DNA of 64,000 nt from an uncultured Gemmatimonadales bacterium (GTDB taxonomy: Bacteria > Gemmatimonadota > Gemmatimonadetes > Gemmatimonadales > GWC2-71-9). Positions within the stretch are counted from its first letter, which is position 1, and the number at the start of each line of letters is the position of its first letter. Shown here in pieces: positions 1 through 11,554 of this stretch. The position numbers and the translations under genes are program-made. The notes below the pieces were generated by a model. That model was not told the DNA's origin and did no database searches. It was given only the letters and a program-made list of their open reading frames with translations. The stretch lies in assembly GCA_963825055.1 (NCBI GenBank), contig CAWGSK010000003.1, positions 1-64,000 on the forward strand, in the 5' to 3' direction.

Positions 1-362
1 TGGGCATCGGTCACCACCAGGCCGTCACGAACCTTCCCACGATAGCTCACGACGCTGACCAGGCTGTCGCCCCGGCGGCCGCGCACGGGAATCAGGACCA
101 GGTCTCCCTCGCGTTTCCAGTCGTGGCTCGGCTGGCCGGCGACGCGCACGGCCGTCACCTCCAGGGCGGAATCGAGTTCCAGCCGGAGCGGCTCCGCCGA
201 GCGCAGGCGCCAGCGGGTTTCCACGGCCCCTACGATCACCGACCCCGTATCGGGCAGCCGGAGGGTGATGCCATAACTCAGCGCGTCATGCGCGGGCGGC
301 GGGGTGTTGGCCGGGGTCGGAAGGGGTGCCTGCTGCAACGCGAGGAGAAGCGTGAGCAGCAT
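1..362 (-). CDS. Secreted protein, probably M1-family aminopeptidase N-terminus (partial, runs off window)
   Basis: Hand translation from ATG at 362: MLLTLLLALQQAPLPTPANTPPPAHDALSYGITLRLPD...LELDSALEVTAVRV...YRGKVRDGL. Signal-like start and M1 N-terminal-like pattern; catalytic motif not in window. Confidence 0.55.
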   Translation of the reverse strand, partial: MLLTLLLALQQAPLPTPANTPPPAHDALSYGITLRLPDTGSVIVGAVETRWRLRSAEPLRLELDSALEVTAVRVAGQPSHDWKREGDLVLIPVRGRRGDSLVSVVSYRGKVRDGLVVTDA

Positions 363-364
363 GG

Positions 365-1189
365 TCAGCGGCCGAGTTGCGTGGCGTAGAAACCCATGAT
401 GCGGGCCCACGCGCTGTCCACTGCCGGCGTATCGTTTCCGCGCCGGCCCGGCTTCAGGAATCCGTGGCCGGTGCCCGGGTAGATATCGTACTCGTATGAC
501 TTGCCCAGCCTGGACATCGTGGAATCCACCCGGGGGAGGTCGGTGTTGATCCGGGCGTCGCCCTCGCCATAGACACCCAGTACCGGCGCCTCGATGCGCG
601 CGAGGGCTTCATCGGAGGGAGCACTGCCATAGCAGACCACGGCCGCCTTCAGTCGCGGGTTGCTGGTGGCGTACGCGAAGCTCTGGCTCCCGCCCCAGCA
701 GAACCCGATCACGCCGACCTCCTCGCGATCCACCGCCTTGAGCCCCGTCACATAGCCGTACGTCGCGTCGAGATCGGCAGCCACGCCCTCGCTCGAGAGA
801 TCACCCACGAGCCGGCGCGCCGAGTCGGCCACCGCCCCGGTGCTGCCGTAACGGGAAGAGAGCAGGTCCGGCACGATCGCCACGTAACCGTTGCCCGCCA
901 GCCGGTCGGCCACGGTGGGTTCCCAGTCCGTCATGCCGAAGATCTCGTGAATGACAATGATCGCGGGTGCCGGATCGCTCCGCTCGGGGTAGGCCACGTA
1001 GGCGTGAATAGAATCGCCGCCACGCCGGATGTAGACCCACTCCCCGTGCGTCGTGACTGCATCGAGAGGAGCCGCGGCATGCCGGTCACCCAGCAACCAC
1101 ATGCCGGCAGCGCCCAGCGCCGCGGCGGCCACCAGGGCCAGCCAGGATGCCGCCCCTCGGCGGGAGCGGCGGGTTCGATGCTGCTTCAT
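365..1189 (-). CDS. Dienelactone hydrolase family protein
   Basis: HEIFG, GFCWGG nucleophile motif and GHGF. GGAGG RBS before ATG at 1189. Confidence 0.9.
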   Translation of the reverse strand: MKQHRTRRSRRGAASWLALVAAAALGAAGMWLLGDRHAAAPLDAVTTHGEWVYIRRGGDSIHAYVAYPERSDPAPAIIVIHEIFGMTDWEPTVADRLAGNGYVAIVPDLLSSRYGSTGAVADSARRLVGDLSSEGVAADLDATYGYVTGLKAVDREEVGVIGFCWGGSQSFAYATSNPRLKAAVVCYGSAPSDEALARIEAPVLGVYGEGDARINTDLPRVDSTMSRLGKSYEYDIYPGTGHGFLKPGRRGNDTPAVDSAWARIMGFYATQLGR

Positions 1190-1217
1190 ATGGACCTCCA
1201 GCCCGTTGATCCTGGAA

Positions 1218-2303
1218 TCAGGACGCGTAGACATTGTCGAGTGCACTCTCCGGCCGGGGCAGGTTCTCCCGGTCCTCCAGTGCGCGGGCGGCCGCTGCCT
1301 CCACCTCGGCTTCAACTTCTGCCTCGATCGACGCAAGCGTCTCCGGATTGATATCCCGCCCCTTCAGGTATTCCTCATAGAGTCCGATCGGGTCGCGACG
1401 GCCCCAGTGCGCAAACAGCTCGGCGGGGAAGGTCTCCCGCGCCTCGCGCTCGTCGTGCGTCGCATGGCCACCCATCCGGAATGTCTCCGCCATGAGCAGC
1501 ACCGGCCCCTCGCCCGCCAGGCAGCGCTCCACCGCCAGTGCGGTTGCGGCCCAGGCATCCAGCACGTGGTTGCCGTCGAACGTCCACCCCGGCACTCCGT
1601 AGGCCTTCGGCCAGTCGGCGAAGTCGCCCGCGCGGTGGTGCTGGTCCAGACGGGTACCAAGGGCCACCTGATTGTTCTGCAGGATGAAAATCGCAGGCAC
1701 GTGCTGGACGGCGGCGAAGTTGAGGCCCTCGTGCGTCACACCGGCGTTGGCGGTACCGTCGCCTACCCAGGTCAGGGCGACCCGGTGCTCTCCCCGTATC
1801 CGGGCAGACAGCGCGACGCCCATCGTCACGGGTACGACCACGCCGAGCGGGGAGATGGGGGCGATCACGTGATGCTCGAAGTCTCCGATATGCACGTCAC
1901 GTCCGCGGCTCGGCGAGTTGTCCGTCGCCAGGTAGCCCCGGAACATGTCCGCGAGCGGCATCCCCATGTCGCAGCACGCGGAGGCATTCCGGATCATCGG
2001 GGTGACGTAGTCGCGGGTCGGGTCAAGAGCATAGACCGGCCCCGTGGTGGTCGCTTCTTCCCCCGTACCCAGCCATGCCTTCGAGATCACACCCTGGCGC
2101 ACCCAGCGCTTGAGACCGATGTCGTGAAGGCGGGCGCGCAGCATGCGACGATACAGCTGCAGCAGGTCCTCGGCCGTGAGCCGGGCAATCAACGCCGCGC
2201 GTGACTCGTCTTCATGGACCCGGCGGCCAAACGCCTCCACCAGCTCCGGGTCGGGTTCCCACTGGACGTACTCCGGCGGGTCGAAGGCGGGATATCGCTT
2301 CAT
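1218..2303 (-). CDS. TPP-dependent 2-oxoacid dehydrogenase E1 alpha subunit
   Basis: GDG...NN TPP-binding motif (VGDGTANAG...LQNN) and RMGGHATHD loop. Confidence 0.9.
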   Translation of the reverse strand: MKRYPAFDPPEYVQWEPDPELVEAFGRRVHEDESRAALIARLTAEDLLQLYRRMLRARLHDIGLKRWVRQGVISKAWLGTGEEATTTGPVYALDPTRDYVTPMIRNASACCDMGMPLADMFRGYLATDNSPSRGRDVHIGDFEHHVIAPISPLGVVVPVTMGVALSARIRGEHRVALTWVGDGTANAGVTHEGLNFAAVQHVPAIFILQNNQVALGTRLDQHHRAGDFADWPKAYGVPGWTFDGNHVLDAWAATALAVERCLAGEGPVLLMAETFRMGGHATHDEREARETFPAELFAHWGRRDPIGLYEEYLKGRDINPETLASIEAEVEAEVEAAAARALEDRENLPRPESALDNVYAS

Positions 2304-3370
2304 GAGGTCCGCCGGCCCGGCATGCGGTACGTCTCCACGCTGAGCAGCGCGTCGGCAAACCTGGCCATCGAGTGGTACCGGTCGGCCGGTTCGCGGCCCA
2401 GCGCACGGGAGATCACCGCCTCGAGGTCATCCGGCAGGTCGGGCCTGACCTTGCGGAGGGGCGTCGCCTCTCCCCTGAGCCGTGCGATCATCATGTCCTG
2501 TGCGTTTCGCCCCTCGAACGGCAGGCGCCCGGTGAACAGCTCGAACGCGAGAATGCCGAGCGCAAATACATCGCTCCGTCCGTCGAGCGGCCGGCCCCGG
2601 ATCTGCTCGGGGCTCAGGAACTCCGGCGTTCCCAGCACCACGCCCGTCTGGGTGAGCTTGACCACCTCGGGCCCCGTCTGCCGTTCCTTGGCCAGTCCGA
2701 AGTCCATGACGATGGCCCGGTCACCGCCAGGCGCCGCGGCATCGGGCACCAGCATGATGTTCTCGGGCTTCAGGTCCCGATGGATCACCTGCTGCTCGTG
2801 CGCGTGCTGCAGGCCGTGGCAGAGCTGGATCAGGAGCGGCAGCCCATGGGCCGGGGCGATGGGGCCCCGGCGTACCTCGCGCTGGCTCAGCAGTTCGCCC
2901 TGGAGCCACGGCATGACGACGTAGATCAGGCCCCGGTCGGTTTCACCCAGCCGGAGGATCGGGCAGACGTTGGGGTGGTCCAGCCGCATCGCCAGTCCGG
3001 CCTCGCGCCGAAGTCGCTCGGCGCTGGTCGGGTCGCGGCTCAACCGGGGCGACAATACCTTGATGGCGACTTCCCGACCGGTCGCCAGTTCGCGGCCGAG
3101 GTACACGTAGGACATTCCGCCCTCGCCGAGGCGGCGGAGGATGTCGTAGCGCTGGTCGAGCACGCTCCTGGTCAGGGTGGCCGCCTCGTCGGGCTCGGGC
3201 GCGGCGGTGACCAGGGTGCGGGTGAGCGTCGCGCGCAGGGAGCCCGCCTGGCTGCTCCCCCGCCCCGACGTGCGCTCCTGCACGTCCAGCAGCGGCGCCC
3301 CGTCCTGCTGGCAGAAGCGCGCCGGGGCAGGGAAAACGCTGCCGCAGGTCGGGCACCGGCGCTTCATCAC
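2300..3370 (-). CDS. Hanks-type Ser/Thr protein kinase with N-terminal zinc-ribbon-like motif
   Basis: GEGGMS, VAIK, HRDLKPEN, DFG and GTPEFLSPE motifs; N-terminal CPTC...FC. Confidence 0.92.
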   Translation of the reverse strand: MMKRRCPTCGSVFPAPARFCQQDGAPLLDVQERTSGRGSSQAGSLRATLTRTLVTAAPEPDEAATLTRSVLDQRYDILRRLGEGGMSYVYLGRELATGREVAIKVLSPRLSRDPTSAERLRREAGLAMRLDHPNVCPILRLGETDRGLIYVVMPWLQGELLSQREVRRGPIAPAHGLPLLIQLCHGLQHAHEQQVIHRDLKPENIMLVPDAAAPGGDRAIVMDFGLAKERQTGPEVVKLTQTGVVLGTPEFLSPEQIRGRPLDGRSDVFALGILAFELFTGRLPFEGRNAQDMMIARLRGEATPLRKVRPDLPDDLEAVISRALGREPADRYHSMARFADALLSVETYRMPGRRTS

Positions 3371-4797
3371 TCCCGGTACCGGTTCCGGCCGTCCCGCTTG
3401 GCCTTGTACAGATTCTCGTCCGCCAGCCGGAGCAGTCCCTCGTAGTCCCGCACCCGCTCGTCGGGGAACGTGGCAATGCCGATGCTCACCGTCACCCTGA
3501 CGCTCTGGCCGGACTGCCCGAAGTCATGCCCGCTCACCCGGCGCAGGATCCGTTCGGCAAACATCCTCGCCCCGCCAATCCCCGTTTCGGGAAGCACCAC
3601 GACGAATTCCTCGCCCCCGTAGCGGGCGACCATGTCCACCGCCCGCTGCTCCCGGCGGAGCAGGACCACCAGCTGCTGGAGCACGCGATCCCCGACCAGG
3701 TGGCCGTGGGTGTCATTGATGGTCTTGAAGTTGTCCAGGTCCACCATGAGCGCGGCCAGCGCAGTGCCATAACGCTCGGTGCGCTCCATCTCCTTCACCA
3801 GTCGATCGAGCAGGGCCCGCCGGTTGAACGCCTCGGTGAGCGGGTCGATCTCGGCAAGGTGCCGGAATTCTTCCTGCCCGGCCACCGCGTTCTCCATGTC
3901 ATAGGCATTCTCGAGCGACGCCACCGCCGCCTTGGTCACCTGCTCCGCGAACTGGACATCCATGTCATTGAACGGGGGGTCGTCTTCCGTCGTGCGGAGG
4001 AAGAAGACCCCGGCCACTTCCTCCCGGAGCCGGAAGGGGAGCGCCAGCGCCGAGCGGGTCGGGACATGGGTACCCTCGCTGTCCCACTCCTGGCGGGCGG
4101 TATGGTACAGCGGATCCGTCAACACATCCTGGACCAGGACGATCCTCTGGGTCTGGAGCGCTTCCTGGATCTCGGGGTAACGGCGCAGTTCAATCCGCAG
4201 GTTCCGGAGGTTCGGGTTCTCGTTGGCGGAAACGACCGTCGCAGCCTCCTCCCCGGCGTTGGCCAGCACGATGGAGCACTTCGAGATCCGGAGCCCGCGC
4301 GCCACGCGCCGGACGAGGATCTGATAGATCTCGTCCGCCTTGAGGGAGGCGGTTACTTCCTGGAGGATCTCGACCATCTCGGAGCGGGACCGCGCCTCGG
4401 CCTTGGCCTGGTTGAGTTCCCGGCCCACCCGGAGGTGCGCCTTCACCCGGGCCAGGAGCTCGCGCACCCGGAACGGCTTGGAGATGAAGTCGGCGGCCCC
4501 CAGGCCCAGGGCCTGGACCGTCGCCTCCTCGGGCGGCATGGAGGAAATCATCAGGACCGGCAGGTCCTTGAAGCGACTGTCGGTCTTCACCTTCTCCAGC
4601 AGCTGGAGACCGTCCACCTTCGGCATCATGATGTCGAGCAGGAGCAGGTCGTACGAGTCGGCGGCAAGCCGCTCGACCAGGTTTTCCCCGTTCGGTACGC
4701 TGGTAACCTCGTAACCGTTTTCCTTGAGGATCCAGGTGAGGGTCCGGGAGAGGGCCTGGTCGTCATCCGCGACGATGATCCGGGGATCCCGGCTCAT
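3367..4797 (-). CDS. Response-regulator diguanylate cyclase (REC-GAF-GGDEF)
   Basis: REC (ADDD, LLDIMMP, KPF), GAF-like middle, RxxD I-site and GGEEF. Confidence 0.92.
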   Translation of the reverse strand: MSRDPRIIVADDDQALSRTLTWILKENGYEVTSVPNGENLVERLAADSYDLLLLDIMMPKVDGLQLLEKVKTDSRFKDLPVLMISSMPPEEATVQALGLGAADFISKPFRVRELLARVKAHLRVGRELNQAKAEARSRSEMVEILQEVTASLKADEIYQILVRRVARGLRISKCSIVLANAGEEAATVVSANENPNLRNLRIELRRYPEIQEALQTQRIVLVQDVLTDPLYHTARQEWDSEGTHVPTRSALALPFRLREEVAGVFFLRTTEDDPPFNDMDVQFAEQVTKAAVASLENAYDMENAVAGQEEFRHLAEIDPLTEAFNRRALLDRLVKEMERTERYGTALAALMVDLDNFKTINDTHGHLVGDRVLQQLVVLLRREQRAVDMVARYGGEEFVVVLPETGIGGARMFAERILRRVSGHDFGQSGQSVRVTVSIGIATFPDERVRDYEGLLRLADENLYKAKRDGRNRYRE

Positions 4798-5759
4798 GCG
4801 CCGACGAGCCGGTCGAAACGTTCCTGGTCGACATTGCCGCCGCTGACGATTGCGACCGTGGGGCCGGTCAGGGCGACCGCACCCGAAAGGAGGGCCGCGG
4901 TCGTGGCAGCGCCCGACGGCTCCACGCGCAGCCCCTCCTCGCGAGACAGAATTCCCATCGCCTCCGCAATCGCGTCGTCACTCACCAACACCGATTCGCG
5001 CACGGTCCCTGCGAGCACCGCCCACGGAATCTCCCCGATCGACAGCGGCATGAGCCCGTCCGCCACCGATTCCGTCGAATCCAGCCGGACGGGATGCCCC
5101 TCGGCCAGGGCGCGGTACAGCTTGGGCGCGCCCTCCGGCTCGACCCCGATGACCCGCACGTCGGGCCTCAGCTCGCGGACCACCAGCGCGGTCCCGGCGA
5201 TGAGGCCACCGCCGCCGACCGGCACCAGGATGGTGTCGATCTCGGGGCGTTCCTCGAGGATCTCGAGCGCGCAGGTCCCCTGCCCGGCCACCACGTCGTT
5301 GTGCTCGAACGGCGGGATCATCACCAGGCCCTGCTCCGCCACCAGCTGCTCCGCCCGCTCGAACCGGTCCACGCTGCGGGTACCGGCGAATTCCACCTCG
5401 CCGCCGTGACGCTTCACGCCCTCCACCTTCACCTTCGGCGCGGTCTCGGGCATGACGATCACCGCCCGAAGGCCAAGGAGCTTTGCGGCCCATGCCACCG
5501 CCTGGCCGTGGTTGCCGCTGGAGTAGGTGATGACGCCGCGAGCGCGCTCTTCGGGCGACAGCCGCGCGATGGCCGTGTAGGCCCCACGCGCCTTGAAGGC
5601 GCCGACCGGCTGCTCCTGTTCCGCCTTCAGAAACACCGGCACCCCGCACCGCCGGGACAAGGCGGCGGCGGGGTGCAGGCGGGTCCGGACCCCGACACCA
5701 TCGAGGATCCGGGCCGCGTCACGAACGGAATCAAGCCCCAGAGAGGCCGTTTCTGTCAT
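4794..5759 (-). CDS. PLP-dependent threonine/serine dehydratase
   Basis: GAFKARGA PLP lysine, SSGNHG, PVGGGGL and SGGN. Confidence 0.9.
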   Translation of the reverse strand: MTETASLGLDSVRDAARILDGVGVRTRLHPAAALSRRCGVPVFLKAEQEQPVGAFKARGAYTAIARLSPEERARGVITYSSGNHGQAVAWAAKLLGLRAVIVMPETAPKVKVEGVKRHGGEVEFAGTRSVDRFERAEQLVAEQGLVMIPPFEHNDVVAGQGTCALEILEERPEIDTILVPVGGGGLIAGTALVVRELRPDVRVIGVEPEGAPKLYRALAEGHPVRLDSTESVADGLMPLSIGEIPWAVLAGTVRESVLVSDDAIAEAMGILSREEGLRVEPSGAATTAALLSGAVALTGPTVAIVSGGNVDQERFDRLVGA

Positions 5760-5790
5760 CAGTGCTGCTCCGGCCCCTCAGGGGGCAGCT

Positions 5791-8325
<2,535 letters not shown>

Positions 8326-8466
8326 GGGTGTCCTGGTATCAATAAGGAATGCCCGGGCAGAATCGCCCACATTAGACGAAATCTAGCCGGTTTGCGGCTG
8401 GGATTCAACTGTGGGAATGGGCTACAAGTGGAGGCGGGACAATCAGTTAGAGCGTCAAGAAGCTGA

Positions 8467-8552
8467 GAGGTCGAGGAGTCGAGAAATCGCGGGTCGAAAG
8501 CACCGTTGTACGCTAAGCACTCGACCTCTCGACTTCTCGACTTCTCGACCTC
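8467..8552. repeat. Inverted arms built of ~8-mer (GTCGAGAA-like) tandem repeats
   Basis: Left arm gaggtcgaggagtcgagaaatcgcgggtcga matches the reverse complement of right arm ctcgacctctcgacttctcgacttctcgacctc. Confidence 0.8.
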
Positions 8553-11500
8553 CGTGACACCACCAGCAACGGCACCACGAACAGCGCCCCGAGCGTCCCG
8601 GCCAGGGTGCCACCCACTGTGGCCAGGGCGATCGAGCCGAACAACTCGTCCGCGTCAGCCCCGATGGCAAGAGGCAGGAGGCTGGCGAGTGTCGTGAGAG
8701 TAACCAGGACGACCATGCCCGCGCGGTCACGGCAGGCGGCAACGACCCCGAGTCCGGAGACGCGGGGGCGGCCACCCTCCGCTTTCGCCCGCCGGCGCCG
8801 TTCCAGCGCCGCATCGATCACCAGAATCGCCTGGTTGACGGCGAGGCCCACCACCAGGATCACCCCGACCGCGGCCTCCCGGCTGAACGCCGTGCCGGAG
8901 GCCCAGAAAGCGGCTGCGGACCCCGCCAGCGCCACCGGCAGGCTCAGGAAGACGGCGGCGCTCGCCCAGGACGAGTCGAACACCATGGCGACCGACAGCA
9001 GGACCAGGATGATCCCGAGCGCGAACACGAGCCACAGGCCCTTCCCGCTCTCGTCCGTCTCCCAGGCGAAGACGTCATCCGACACGGAATAGCCCGGCGG
9101 TACACTGATCGACTCCATGAAGGCATCATGGGTACGGTTGGCGAGCTTCTGCGGGCCCCGGAACTCGTAGCTCACGATCCGGACGTACTGCTGGTCCTCC
9201 CGGTTGATCCGGGAGAGCGCTTCCTCCTCGTCCACCCGGGCCAGGTCACGGATGCGGGCCGGGCTTTCACTGGACGTCGGCACGATGGCGTCCCGGAGCT
9301 GTTCGAGGGTCCGCTCCCTTGCTCCGGCCGCCTTCAGGCTGACACCGACTTCTTCGCCGCCCAGCTCGATCATCGTCCGCCCCACCGCGCCACGCACTTC
9401 CCGCGAGACGGCGCCGGCCAGGTCGGCCGCGGTGACGCCGAATCGCGACATCGCCGCGCGATCGGGATCGAGGGTGACGGTGAAGGCCTTCTCGTCACCG
9501 AAGAAACTGGCCGCGTTGGCATTGACGTCCCGGACGCGCGGGATCTGCTCCAGCCGCCGCTTGATGTCGAACGCCATTCGTTCAACGCCGCCGAACGAGT
9601 ACCCGAGCACCTTGATCCGGAACCGCGAGCTGCCACCACCACCCCCCGAATAGAATCCCGGACCCTGCCCTGACACGCTGATACTGGCGCCGCCTACCAG
9701 TACCGCGCGCTGGGTCAGCGCCTCCTGCATCTCGAACGGGATCGGGCCGAACTCCTCTTCGCGCGTGAACACGACCCGCATGGACGCGCCGCTCGGCGAC
9801 CCCTGGGTGACCACCTGCTCCACGCCGGGCTGCCCCACCACGATCTGCTCGAATTCGCGCATCGCCACATCCAGGCTCGCGGGATCCGACCCGCGGGGAA
9901 AGCGGAGCCAGGCCTGAAGCGTGGTCCGCTGCCCGAACCAGTTCCCGAACGAACTGCGCGGCACCTTGGTCGCGAAGGCCCAGCCCAGGTAGCCGAGTCC
10001 GGCGGCCACGATGAGCAGCACCGGGTACCGTACCTTGAGCAGCAGCACGAGGCTCTTCCCGTAGATCCGGCTCATCTTCGGCCAGTGCCCTCGGCGAAGG
10101 CCGTGCCCGGCGCCGAGGGCCGGGATCATCACCAGCGCCGAGATGACCGACCATCCCAGCGCGAGGGCAAACGCGACCGCAAACGGCACGAATTCCGTCC
10201 GCGCGTTGCCCTGGAGATAAAGGAAGGGGAAGAGCACCACCGCTGTCGTGAGCGTGGCGCCGATGACGGCGGGCATGATCCGCCGGCCCGCCGCTGCCCG
10301 CCCGTCCGGCGTGTCCGGCGCGGTCCTGAGCCGGTCCACCACCACCAGTCCGTTCTGCACCAGGATGCCGACACCCATCCCGAGACCGGCCAGCGTGAGC
10401 AGATTGGCCGGAATCTTCAGCAGATAAAGCCCCAGCGCCGTTCCGGCGATCGCCACGGCCGCGCTCCCCATCACCAGGCCGACGCTCTTCACGTTCCGGA
10501 GCGCCAGGGCCAGGACGATGAGCACGGAGAGGAAGGCGATGCCGCCGCGCAGCAGCAGGTTGTTCAACTGTTTCCGGAGCTCGACGCTCTCGTCGCTCTC
10601 CAGCCGCACGCGGATCCCCGGTGGCAGCCGCCGGCCGATCCCCGTCATCGCTGCGCGCACCCGGGCCGCCGTCCGGATGGCGTCGGCACCCGGGAGCCGG
10701 GCGATCTCCATGCTCACCGCCGGTTCGCCATTCACCCGGTAAAACCGGTCGCGCGAGTCCTCCTCCAGCCGCACATCGGCCAGGTCACCCAGGCGAAAGA
10801 TCCGCCCGCCCGGCGCCGTGACCGGCAGCTCCGCCAGGTCCGCCGCGACATCGGGCTGGTCGCGCAGCACCACCGGGCGCTGGCTGACGCCGGCCCGCTC
10901 GACGCCCAGCGAGCGCACCACCCGTGCATTCGAGAGCGCCTGGCTCAGGGTCGCGGGCGAGATGCCAAGCTGCCGGAGCCGCTGGTCGTCATACGTGACC
11001 GAGATGCCGCGCTCGGCTCCGCCCCCGCTGTTGACACCCGCCACGCCCTCGATGGCAGAGAGCTGCGGGACGATCTCGTCGGCGGAAAGCTTCGCGAGCG
11101 TGCCCGCCGTGTACGGACCGTACACCGTGTACAGGAGAAGCGGTTGCTCCTCCAGGTCCTGCGGGACGTAGTTGCTCACGCGCGGGATCGACGCGCCCTG
11201 CGGAAAATCCTTGCGGAGGATCTCGATCCGCTCGAGGATGGCCAGTCGGGTCAGCTGGACGTCGGCATCGGGCTCCAGGTCCACGGTGAGCCGGGCGTCG
11301 CCGTCACTGGACTCGCTGCTGATCTTCCGGACATCCCGCACACCCTGGATGGCGGACTCGAGGGGCGAGGTGATATACGACTCGAGCAGCTCCGCGGAGG
11401 CGCCGGGCCAGGTGGACGACACGACCAGGCGCGGCAGCTCCACCACCGTCCGCGTCGCGAGCGGCAGGCGGAGGAACGCCAGCACTCCCGCACAGATGAG

Positions 11501-11554
11501 CGCCGCGCTCGCCGCCCACACGACGGCCGGCCGCCTGGTGGCCCAGCCGATCAT
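8513..11554 (-). CDS. RND efflux permease (AcrB/MdtB-like), second subunit
   Basis: 1013 aa with typical RND layout (RRP N-terminus, large periplasmic loops, 12 TM pattern). Confidence 0.92.
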   Translation of the reverse strand: MIGWATRRPAVVWAASAALICAGVLAFLRLPLATRTVVELPRLVVSSTWPGASAELLESYITSPLESAIQGVRDVRKISSESSDGDARLTVDLEPDADVQLTRLAILERIEILRKDFPQGASIPRVSNYVPQDLEEQPLLLYTVYGPYTAGTLAKLSADEIVPQLSAIEGVAGVNSGGGAERGISVTYDDQRLRQLGISPATLSQALSNARVVRSLGVERAGVSQRPVVLRDQPDVAADLAELPVTAPGGRIFRLGDLADVRLEEDSRDRFYRVNGEPAVSMEIARLPGADAIRTAARVRAAMTGIGRRLPPGIRVRLESDESVELRKQLNNLLLRGGIAFLSVLIVLALALRNVKSVGLVMGSAAVAIAGTALGLYLLKIPANLLTLAGLGMGVGILVQNGLVVVDRLRTAPDTPDGRAAAGRRIMPAVIGATLTTAVVLFPFLYLQGNARTEFVPFAVAFALALGWSVISALVMIPALGAGHGLRRGHWPKMSRIYGKSLVLLLKVRYPVLLIVAAGLGYLGWAFATKVPRSSFGNWFGQRTTLQAWLRFPRGSDPASLDVAMREFEQIVVGQPGVEQVVTQGSPSGASMRVVFTREEEFGPIPFEMQEALTQRAVLVGGASISVSGQGPGFYSGGGGGSSRFRIKVLGYSFGGVERMAFDIKRRLEQIPRVRDVNANAASFFGDEKAFTVTLDPDRAAMSRFGVTAADLAGAVSREVRGAVGRTMIELGGEEVGVSLKAAGARERTLEQLRDAIVPTSSESPARIRDLARVDEEEALSRINREDQQYVRIVSYEFRGPQKLANRTHDAFMESISVPPGYSVSDDVFAWETDESGKGLWLVFALGIILVLLSVAMVFDSSWASAAVFLSLPVALAGSAAAFWASGTAFSREAAVGVILVVGLAVNQAILVIDAALERRRRAKAEGGRPRVSGLGVVAACRDRAGMVVLVTLTTLASLLPLAIGADADELFGSIALATVGGTLAGTLGALFVVPLLVVSRRSRSREVERSSA

